32,000 bases of DNA from Pseudomonadota bacterium (GTDB lineage Bacteria; Pseudomonadota; Gammaproteobacteria; Burkholderiales; Burkholderiaceae). The notes under the pieces were generated by a model. The model did not search any database and had not been told where the DNA came from. It saw only the letters and a program-made list of their open reading frames with translations. Within the stretch, counting starts at the first letter, position 1. Each line of letters begins with the position of its first letter. The position numbers and the translations under genes were made by a program. Below are positions 7,615 to 14,079 of the stretch, piece after piece. The stretch lies in assembly GCA_041179505.1 (NCBI GenBank), contig JBEGTH010000012.1, positions 1-32,000 of the forward strand, written 5' to 3'.

Positions 7615-8183
7615 ATCAACTCCACTGCCCTACGCTTCATATCGTCATTTACATCTATGTATTTTTGAGTGACTGAAATATTACGATGGCCCGCAAGGCT
7701 CATTAGCACCCGTACGCTGATGCCTTTATTAGCTAGATTGGTAATGAAGCTTCGTCTGCCGCTATGGCTACTTGCTCCAGCAATACCAGAAGCTTTATAT
7801 AAATCCTTAAAGAATAAAGCTAGTGAGTTTGGAGTAAATCCACGCTTGGGGTTCTTTTGCGTATAAAAGAATGCATGGTTGACATCTCTAACCTTCAAGG
7901 TGTCGACATAGCTTTGTAGCTCGCTTTTGAGCTTTTCACTAACAAATACCGTTCTAGCGTGTTTTCCCTTGGTGTACTCAGGCAATAAACGGATTTCGGA
8001 TTTGACCTGCATAGAGGCATCACATACATCACAGATCCTCAATGCAGCCGCCTCTCCAACCCTAAGGCCCCCGAAATTCGTAATGGATAGCAACGCCCTA
8101 TTACGAACAGCGTGTTTGGTTGATTGTGTAAATCGTAAAACTTGTTCCAACTCACTAGTAGTTAATGTTTTAGCTTGTGCCAT
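7611..8183 (-). CDS. Short tyrosine recombinase (190 aa, essentially catalytic domain only)
   Basis: Motifs GGLRVGEAAAL (Arg I), SSHSGRRSFITNL (His-x-x-Arg) and LAGHRNISVTQKYI (His + Tyr). AGGAG lies 7 nt upstream of the ATG. There is no room for a normal ~100-aa core-binding domain. Confidence 0.85.
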   Translation of the reverse strand: MAQAKTLTTSELEQVLRFTQSTKHAVRNRALLSITNFGGLRVGEAAALRICDVCDASMQVKSEIRLLPEYTKGKHARTVFVSEKLKSELQSYVDTLKVRDVNHAFFYTQKNPKRGFTPNSLALFFKDLYKASGIAGASSHSGRRSFITNLANKGISVRVLMSLAGHRNISVTQKYIDVNDDMKRRAVELI

Positions 8184-8245
8184 TGCCCAACTCCTTAAAA
8201 AGTAACAAATACACAGCTATAAGCATATTTTCTGATGTTCGAAAT

Positions 8246-8271
8246 GAGCAACCGAATGTGGCATTTTTGCC
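8246..8271. repeat. Left copy of a ~26-bp imperfect inverted repeat flanking the Rep-like gene
   Basis: GAGCAACCGAATGTGGCATTTTTGCC, compared with the reverse complement of 9213..9239, GAGCAACCAAAAATGGCATTTTTAGCC. Confidence 0.6.
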
Positions 8272-8365
8272 ATCTCAATTTAGATGTTCGATTTCAATGA
8301 CTTACAGCACAACCTAACAAAATGTGTATTTTGTGTGGTTTTAATAAAAGCAGAGATTCATCAAA

Positions 8366-8389
8366 AGATGTGGCTAATCTGCCACATCT
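8366..8389. other. Perfect 9-bp stem / 6-nt loop hairpin (candidate nick site or origin)
   Basis: AGATGTGGC-TAATCT-GCCACATCT in the 434-bp AT-rich spacer next to the HUH gene. The related half-motif ATGTGGC recurs at 8256. Confidence 0.5.
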
Positions 8390-8617
8390 GCTTATAGTGC
8401 ATTAAACAGCCCTATACGCTATTTATTACTTTTCGCTGGTGTTGATATCCAGTTAGATCAGATCGTTCAAGTTTGAGTGCTTTTATACGGAGTTATTTAG
8501 AGGCTATTGATTCGTTGTTGATAAGTTTGAAATATTTTAGATAAAGCTTCGCTAATTAAAGCTTCATTCAGCTTTATTGGAAATACAGCAAGAAACCAGC
8601 GTGGTCAGTAATGCCGC

Positions 8618-9142
8618 TTATGCTAAAGTCCAAAGCACATTATTTGTGTCTTTGCGACCCAGCTCTTTGCACATGTACTCAATCCAACCGCCATCACAAA
8701 CCTTAAAGTCGTGCTGTGTATCTAGATTGTGTACGTGCGCTTTTGCCTGTTCGATATGTTTGCCTAGTTGATTAAAGCGAAAGCCTTTTGGAAAACCGCC
8801 TATTGATAGATGCAGGTGTAATCGCTTGTCCGTACGCTCGCCCTCAATTACTGCGATGTACGTTAAACCTTTGCCATGCCTGCGTACTGCATTTGTACCA
8901 AAAATAGCCTCATTTAGCTTGTGAATAAAACGTGCTGCCGCCTGCTCACAATCTTCTTTAGCAATCTGCCTGTAATGTGTGCCTTTGGGGTTTACTACTT
9001 TTATTGCCTGTTTAAGAGTCAAAGTTAACGCTATTGGATGGCTTTTTGTAAGCCCCAATAGCCATGTCCGTGCTGCTTCCTTTTGCGTAGGAGCTGCATT
9101 TGAATCGTAGGCCATGCGTTCACGGATTTCACTTAATTTCAT
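8618..9142 (-). CDS. HUH-superfamily rolling-circle replication initiator-like protein (174 aa from ATG 9142; alternative GTG 9163)
   Basis: Three ordered motifs: ALTLTLKQ (motif I-like), KRLHLHLSIG (H-U-H) and WIEYMCKELG (Y-x-x-K). No helicase domain. No clear SD sequence. Confidence 0.6.
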   Translation of the reverse strand: MKLSEIRERMAYDSNAAPTQKEAARTWLLGLTKSHPIALTLTLKQAIKVVNPKGTHYRQIAKEDCEQAAARFIHKLNEAIFGTNAVRRHGKGLTYIAVIEGERTDKRLHLHLSIGGFPKGFRFNQLGKHIEQAKAHVHNLDTQHDFKVCDGGWIEYMCKELGRKDTNNVLWTLA

Positions 9143-9212
9143 GCAGTTATTTATACAAACCACATAAATTATTTGAAATAAATTAAATCTATATATTTCA
9201 GTAACTTACGAA

Positions 9213-9239
9213 GGCTAAAAATGCCATTTTTGGTTGCTC
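9213..9239. repeat. Right copy of the inverted repeat flanking the Rep-like gene
   Basis: GGCTAAAAATGCCATTTTTGGTTGCTC, inverted relative to 8246..8271. Confidence 0.6.
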
Positions 9240-9294
9240 TTTCACAAACCTAGAAATTATTGTTTATGTGCCCATTCACTTATAGGAGAACACG

Positions 9295-9732
9295 ATGAGC
9301 GCACTATCCAATCTAAAACTAGTAGTAGCCCAAAAACCAACAAAAATACCGCCTATTGTGCAACGTCGCAATCAGGTCATCAATAAGCTCTGGGAACAGC
9401 AAAAACTCGCTGAATCAAAGGTATCAGGCACCACCTATGCACCGCTCAAAACCAAGCGAGTCAAAGACCTAGAGGGAAACATCAAAACTTTAGAGGTACC
9501 AAAGCGTCTAAAACCCTGGTGGTTTACCAGCGATACAGGCAAAACTTGCTTAGCCATTAAGTATGGGAATAAACCCATTGAAATTGCCAAAGGCAAATCC
9601 GCCATTGAAGTATCGGATATGAAGGAACTTGTATTGGTGCTAAGCCAGCTAATGCAGGCCATTAATGATGGAGAGCTAGATAGTCAAATCGATGCGGCCA
9701 GCGCCAGCGTCAGAGCAGGATTTGAGAGATGA
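9295..9732 (+). CDS. Hypothetical protein (145 aa)
   Basis: AGGAG lies 6 nt upstream of the ATG. Features KPWWF...AIKYGNKPIEI...GELDSQI. I believe similar proteins occur in other integrative islands but cannot name a family. Confidence 0.7.
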   Translation: MSALSNLKLVVAQKPTKIPPIVQRRNQVINKLWEQQKLAESKVSGTTYAPLKTKRVKDLEGNIKTLEVPKRLKPWWFTSDTGKTCLAIKYGNKPIEIAKGKSAIEVSDMKELVLVLSQLMQAINDGELDSQIDAASASVRAGFER

Positions 9733-9790
9733 GCGATAACTCGACTGCCCTACTACTCCTTTTAACTCTGCTTCTGATTGTGGAGCAACT

Positions 9791-9943
9791 ATGAATACCT
9801 ATGAAGCTTACGTTCGCGTTATGCCTAGCAATATGGTGGTGAAAACCAAGATACAAGCCGACTCAAGCCAGTCGGCTTTATTTTTATTGCAAGGAATGTA
9901 TGGAGCTAGCAATGTAGTTCACTTGCCGTCATTAGTTAACTAA
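9791..9943 (+). CDS. Small hypothetical protein (50 aa), below the ORF-track cutoff
   Basis: GGAG lies 5 nt upstream of the ATG. It reads MNTYEAYVRVMPSNMVVKTKIQADSSQSALFLLQGMYGASNVVHLPSLVN. Same strand as its neighbours, 58 nt after the 9295 gene. Confidence 0.45.
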   Translation: MNTYEAYVRVMPSNMVVKTKIQADSSQSALFLLQGMYGASNVVHLPSLVN

Positions 9944-9966
9944 ATATATAAAAAGGATAGTTAACT

Positions 9967-10398
9967 ATGAAAATTTGTGAAATTCTGACGCTCCAAGAGC
10001 GAATTAATCTAAGCAGATTGATGCCAAGGTATAAGCCCAAAGCAAAGAAGCAAAAGCCTAAGGCTGCCAAAGCTCCAAAATGGCCCAAAGTGCCAGCAGC
10101 ACCTAAAAAGCATGTTGCTCCTAGGCCTATAGTTAAAGCGCCGCCAAAGCCATTTGATAGCCCAAAGTCAGTTCGCAAATCAATAGGCCCAAAGCAAACC
10201 AAGCCGTTAGATGATCGCTCAAACTTAGAGCCTAATAGCTTCCTGAAACCATTGCCACAAAACGTTATCAGTCCACGTGATGCAGTTGATCGAGATCTAG
10301 AAAAGAAGTTGTCTTTTGGTAGGTCCATAGCAGACCATAATGGATTTGATGGAAGGTTATCAAACCGCTCTTTTGATTCAAAATCGCGGTCAAACTAA
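9967..10398 (+). CDS. Lys/Pro/Ala-rich basic, probably disordered protein (143 aa)
   Basis: Contains KPKAKKQKPKAAKAPKWPKVPAAPKKHVAPRPIVKAPPKP. AAGGA lies upstream and the gene is co-directional with 9295 and 9791. An antisense ORF of similar length exists (9936..10328), so the strand choice is not certain. Confidence 0.5.
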   Translation: MKICEILTLQERINLSRLMPRYKPKAKKQKPKAAKAPKWPKVPAAPKKHVAPRPIVKAPPKPFDSPKSVRKSIGPKQTKPLDDRSNLEPNSFLKPLPQNVISPRDAVDRDLEKKLSFGRSIADHNGFDGRLSNRSFDSKSRSN

Positions 10399-10453
10399 GA
10401 AAAATAATTTTTTATTCATCTGGCAGACAGAGATAGTGAGACGCAATACAAAT

Positions 10454-10472
10454 ACCGTTACTTAAGTAACGC
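10454..10472. repeat. 19-nt site ACCGTTACTTAAGTAACGC, copy 2
   Basis: Identical to 4042..4060 and in the same orientation (judged from the non-palindromic flanks AC...C). Confidence 0.85.
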
Positions 10473-10482
10473 TTGAATAGAT

Positions 10483-10836
10483 ATGAAGCGCACAGTTAGG
10501 CCCCAAAGAATACAAACTACTAGCGTTGACTCTAGGCTAGATAAGCAATCTCAATTTGAGAATCTACTATCCAAAGAGGTCGAAGACAATATTAAAGGCA
10601 TTGATAGGACACGATACTCATACACCATAGAGCTTTTATACCCTTCGCAAGCAACTAGATCATGGGTACACTACCAAATAGCCTATAAAGTAATTTCTCG
10701 TAACATTGGTTCGGCTACAGTTATCAAAGTTAAAACTATCGTGTGCATGAAGTCTAAATTACGATTGCTTATTAAGCGAGATAGGTGGGCCAAGAGAATA
10801 TTGGTCGGATGGGTTCCGCGCCTAAAAACTCGATGA
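10483..10836 (+). CDS. Hypothetical protein (117 aa), doubtful
   Basis: ORF only. There is no SD sequence, and the ATG lies 11 nt after the palindrome. Confidence 0.3.
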   Translation: MKRTVRPQRIQTTSVDSRLDKQSQFENLLSKEVEDNIKGIDRTRYSYTIELLYPSQATRSWVHYQIAYKVISRNIGSATVIKVKTIVCMKSKLRLLIKRDRWAKRILVGWVPRLKTR

Positions 10837-10962
10837 GTTGAATTGGCATCAGTAAAACTTATTTAACAACTCTTTAGCCGCAGCATTAAGGAAGAAAAAG
10901 GCTGGCGCTATTGCAGTGAGGGTTGAGAATGGGAATAAGGCCGTCTTATATGCGAGTTAATA

Positions 10963-10981
10963 AATCTCGCCCGACCCACCA
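10963..10981. repeat. attR core (duplicate of the tRNA-Lys 3' end)
   Basis: Exact AATCTCGCCCGACCCACCA. The upstream GCGAGTTAATA is a decayed T-arm. Confidence 0.8.
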
Positions 10982-10991
10982 GTCGTTCACG

Positions 10992-11025
10992 AGCCCCTTG
11001 GGAAATCTAAGGGCTTTTTCTTTTT
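10992..11025 (+). terminator. Probable ancestral tRNA-Lys terminator, now displaced behind attR
   Basis: AGCCCCTT-GGGAAATCT-AAGGGCT (one bulged C) followed by TTTTTCTTTTT. Confidence 0.55.
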
Positions 11026-11095
11026 GGTTGGCGTGAATGTGGTGACTGTCTACGGCAATGAGCAACTCAAGAGAGTTGCGAGTGTCGTGTTTCGA

Positions 11096-11212
11096 GACAC
11101 TTATAGCTTAACTTCAGATTTCAGGAAGGTCGATCGGAAAATTTGTCGGGTAAACCGACATTTAAAACATGGCTTGCTGGCGGACAGCTAACGGCCCAGA
11201 GCAGACCTTGGG
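11096..11212. repeat. Non-coding repeated module, copy A (related to 25019..25188)
   Basis: Blocks shared in the same order: GACACTT..TTCAGATTT..GTCGG(G/T)T(A/T)AACCGACA..AGCAGACCTTGG. Confidence 0.6.
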
Positions 11213-11246
11213 GGATAAGTTTAATAACTCATCCCCCAGCAAGTTA

Positions 11247-11759
11247 CTACCTTGACCGATCCATCCACATATAGTTCTGCTGCATCATTTGGTTCATCAT
11301 GTTCTGCTGCATACCCATGTATTGATCCATCATGTATTGGCGTTGCTTTAACTGCTCAGGCGTTAATTTAGAGTAATAAGGGCCCATACCATTCCAGCCC
11401 ATCATTGGATCCATCATGTGTCCAGCCATCATGCCGCCGTTACCACCACAACAACCCATCATTCCCGAACCCCACATGCCTTGCATCATATTCAGATTGC
11501 TCTGCATCGCACTCCAATGAGCTTGCATCAGTTTTTGTCTTACTTGTGGATCTTGAGTTGCACGAATCTGATCCATCTGTTGTTGCATCTTTTTAAAGTT
11601 CTCTTGAATTTGAGCGGCTTGCTTATCAAACTCCGCTACATCAATATTTTTTTGTTGTGTCTGTGTGGCTTTAGTGCCTGCCCCTGCTGTTTGCGCCAAA
11701 ACGGGCGCACTTAATAAAACACCCAAACTTAAAATCGCAACACATCCTAGCTTTTTCAT
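11247..11759 (-). CDS. Periplasmic Met/Gln-rich protein with an LTXXQ motif (CpxP/Spy/ZraP-like)
   Basis: Trimmed to MKKLGCVAILSLGVLLSAPVLA (signal peptide). The longer track ORF would overlap the ATPase gene. The mature part is very Met-rich (e.g. GMWGSGMMGCCGGNGGMMAGHMMDPMMGWNGMG) and contains LTPEQLKQRQ. Confidence 0.75.
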   Translation of the reverse strand: MKKLGCVAILSLGVLLSAPVLAQTAGAGTKATQTQQKNIDVAEFDKQAAQIQENFKKMQQQMDQIRATQDPQVRQKLMQAHWSAMQSNLNMMQGMWGSGMMGCCGGNGGMMAGHMMDPMMGWNGMGPYYSKLTPEQLKQRQYMMDQYMGMQQNMMNQMMQQNYMWMDRSR

Positions 11760-11800
11760 CTCAGCACTCCTTGAGTTAAATGCTGAATATTGACTACTGT

Positions 11801-13981
11801 CTAACTTCTTAATAACCGCAATCCATTTGCCACTACTAGCAAGCTCGCACCCATATCCGCAAATACCGCCATCCACATCGTGGCTTGCCCTGTAAAGGTA
11901 AGCACAAGGAAGATAGCCTTAATGCCTAGAGCAAGAACAATGTTTTGAGTCAGAATTAGAGCGGTTGATTTGGATAGCCGAATAAAGGTAGCAATCTTGC
12001 GTAAATCATCATCCATTAGCGCAACATCAGCAGTCTCTATCGCAGTATCGGTTCCAGCCGCCCCCATCGCAAATCCAATACTTGCTCTTGCTAAAGCGGG
12101 GGCATCATTAATGCCATCTCCAACCATGCCTACCTTTAGATTGGGATCCTTTTTTAGGCGACTGTCAATTATTTTGAGCTTATCTTCAGGCAATAAATTA
12201 CCCACAATTTCATCGACACCCACCTGCTTACCTATCGCCTTGGCGGTGTGCTCATTGTCACCAGTGAGCATGATGGTAGTCACACCTAATTGGTGAAGCC
12301 CATCAATAGCCTGCTTGCTTGTTTCTCTAACAGTATCGGCTACCGCAATAATGGCTAGAACCTCTGTTTGGTTGGTAAGCAATACGGCCGTTTTGCCTTG
12401 CTGCTCGAGTGGTAATAAACGATTCTCAATATCATCAGAGCACAAACCCAATTCTTCAATCAGTCGATGATTGCCAAGGTAATACAAATTACCCTCAATA
12501 ACGCCTTTGACACCGCGACCCAGAATCGCCTCAAAGCTATCTACAGTCATTAAATCATTCTTTTGCTCTTGATTAGCATGGGCAATTGCTAGAGATACGG
12601 GATGATCAGATCGTGCTGCAAGACTGATGGCAATTTCGTGAATATGCTTGTCATTGCCACTTAATGCAAAAAAATCCGTTTGTGCAGGCTTCCCGTAGGT
12701 GAGGGTCCCTGTCTTATCTACTGCCAAGACCTTCATGCTCCGTCCTGCTTCTAAAAAAGCGCCCCCTTTAATTAAGATGCCTTTTCTTGCGGCAGATGCT
12801 AAGCCACTCACAATCGTTACTGGTGTTGAGATCACTAAGGCACAAGGACATGCAATTACTAGCATAACCAACGCCTTATAGATCCACTCTTGCCATGACT
12901 GCGCCATTAACAATGGAGGCAAAACAGCAACCAATACTGCAAGCAAGAAGACCGCTGGGGTATAGATCCTAGCGAATTGATCGACAAAACGCTGGGTGGG
13001 CGCACGACTTCCTTGCGCCGCTTCTACTGCATGAATAATTCGAGCTAGCGTTGAATGAGTCGCTTCTGCAGTAACTTTGTATTCGAACGATCCCGTCTGA
13101 TTGATCGTTCCTGCAAATACCTCATCGCCAACTATCTTATCGACGGGTAGGCTCTCACCCGTGATTGGCGCTTGATTTACTGCCGAGTTACCACTTATTA
13201 ATATGCCATCTAAAGCTATTCGCTCTCCAGGACGCACTCGAACTAAAGCACCTAAAGCAATAGCTTTAACATCTGTTAGCACCCAAGAGCCATCGGCTTG
13301 CTGAACGGTTGCGGTTTCAGGGGTGAGGTCTAATAAGCCACGAATCGCATTGCGAGCACGATCTAATGACTTGGCTTCAATTACTTCAGCAAGAGTAAAT
13401 AAGAACATCACCATGGCTGCTTCTGGCCAACTGCCAATCGCCATCGCGCCTGTGACTGCAATTGACATTAAGGCATTGATATTGAGATTGCCATTCTTTA
13501 ATGCAATCCAGCCCTTTTTATAAGTGGTAAGGCCCCCTGAAGCAATTGAGGCGATTACTAGAGCAATGACAATCCACTGATTACCAAGTTGCAGCAATTC
13601 CATGATTTCAGCCAAGGTTGCAGTGATACCTGCAATAGCCAATGGCCACCAATTGGTTTTAGGCATAGGCTCAAGTGAGCTGTCCTTTGTAGAAGTCTCA
13701 CCAATTTGTAGCACCGCCTGCATTCCAATTGAACCCAAAGCGGACTCGATAGCGTCAAGTGAGTTGAGATTGTGACCAACCGTGAGCATCCTTTGCATTA
13801 AGTTAAAATCCAACGACTCAATGCCGCTTACACTCGCTAGCTTTTTGCGAATAAGCGCCTCTTCAGTTGGGCAGTCCATATTTTCAATGCGATAGATGGC
13901 CTTATTCTTGCTCCGTATCTCAGAAGCCTTTGTCACAGGGGTTGATGTAGAACAACTACAGGAGGTATTGCATTCGCTCAT
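11801..13981 (-). CDS. cadA: Cd/Zn/Pb-translocating P1B-type ATPase
   Basis: N-terminal Cys-rich CNTSCSCST and an HMA-like NMDCPTEE. TM CPC motif IACPCALVISTP. Also DKTGTLT, TGDN and [10 protein letters not shown]. Confidence 0.9.
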   Translation of the reverse strand: MSECNTSCSCSTSTPVTKASEIRSKNKAIYRIENMDCPTEEALIRKKLASVSGIESLDFNLMQRMLTVGHNLNSLDAIESALGSIGMQAVLQIGETSTKDSSLEPMPKTNWWPLAIAGITATLAEIMELLQLGNQWIVIALVIASIASGGLTTYKKGWIALKNGNLNINALMSIAVTGAMAIGSWPEAAMVMFLFTLAEVIEAKSLDRARNAIRGLLDLTPETATVQQADGSWVLTDVKAIALGALVRVRPGERIALDGILISGNSAVNQAPITGESLPVDKIVGDEVFAGTINQTGSFEYKVTAEATHSTLARIIHAVEAAQGSRAPTQRFVDQFARIYTPAVFLLAVLVAVLPPLLMAQSWQEWIYKALVMLVIACPCALVISTPVTIVSGLASAARKGILIKGGAFLEAGRSMKVLAVDKTGTLTYGKPAQTDFFALSGNDKHIHEIAISLAARSDHPVSLAIAHANQEQKNDLMTVDSFEAILGRGVKGVIEGNLYYLGNHRLIEELGLCSDDIENRLLPLEQQGKTAVLLTNQTEVLAIIAVADTVRETSKQAIDGLHQLGVTTIMLTGDNEHTAKAIGKQVGVDEIVGNLLPEDKLKIIDSRLKKDPNLKVGMVGDGINDAPALARASIGFAMGAAGTDTAIETADVALMDDDLRKIATFIRLSKSTALILTQNIVLALGIKAIFLVLTFTGQATMWMAVFADMGASLLVVANGLRLLRS

Positions 13982-14012
13982 AGCGGAAACCTAAATGATA
14001 AAGACATTGATC

Positions 14013-14043
14013 ATTTAACACCCTATAGTAACTATAGAGTCAA
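14013..14043 (-). promoter_or_regulatory. MerR-type promoter/operator of cadA (19-bp spacer with a 7-1-7 dyad)
   Basis: The minus strand reads TTGACT-CTATAGTTACTATAGGGTG-TTAAAT. The -35 is at 14043..14038 and the -10 at 14018..14013. The spacer is exactly 19 bp and contains the perfect palindrome CTATAGT-T-ACTATAG. It lies between divergent cadA and cadR. Confidence 0.8.
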
Positions 14044-14079
14044 GAAATTAGAATAAAAATGTAAAAACTTGGAGGTCAA

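Larger units (their letters stand above)
1335..10981. mobile_element. ~9.6 kb tRNA-Lys-associated integrative genomic island (possibly satellite- or plasmid-like, with its own Rep)
   Basis: A tRNA 3'-end direct repeat sits at both ends. A tyrosine integrase gene lies immediately inside attL. The content is orphan genes, a second recombinase and an HUH Rep-like gene. A second tRNA-style terminator follows attR. Confidence 0.8.

Noticed and set aside
3410-8771. Short ORFs 3410-3604(+), 5679-6089(+), 6432-6626(+), 7669-7866(+), 7927-8205(+) and 8577-8771(+).
   Set aside because: Each lies antisense to, and is mostly contained in, a better-supported minus-strand gene.
9936-10328. 130-aa minus-strand ORF antisense to the Lys/Pro-rich gene.
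   Set aside because: It is Gly/Leu/Phe-rich, the mirror of the K/P/A codons. It lies opposite to the local gene direction with no SD sequence. I kept it only as a caveat on the plus-strand call.
1354-10962. The island considered as an integrated filamentous (inovirus) prophage, because of the small HUH Rep and its size.
   Set aside because: There is no Zot/pI-like P-loop assembly ATPase, no small hydrophobic coat proteins and no gpIII-like adsorption protein. The orphan proteins are soluble-looking.
11405-11714. His/Thr-rich plus-strand ORFs (11405-11596, 11418-11714) and the His-rich repeats in 20859-21161(+).
   Set aside because: They arise mechanically because the antisense of ATG (Met) is CAT (His). 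They mirror the Met-rich coding regions on the minus strand.
11760-11876. N-terminal extensions of the track ORFs 11247-11876, 14624-14947 and 29827-30501 that overlap the upstream genes by 76-90 nt.
   Set aside because: In each case an internal ATG with a good SD sequence begins a proper signal peptide or conserved N-terminus immediately after the upstream stop. The extensions are read-through of the neighbour's 3' end in another frame.
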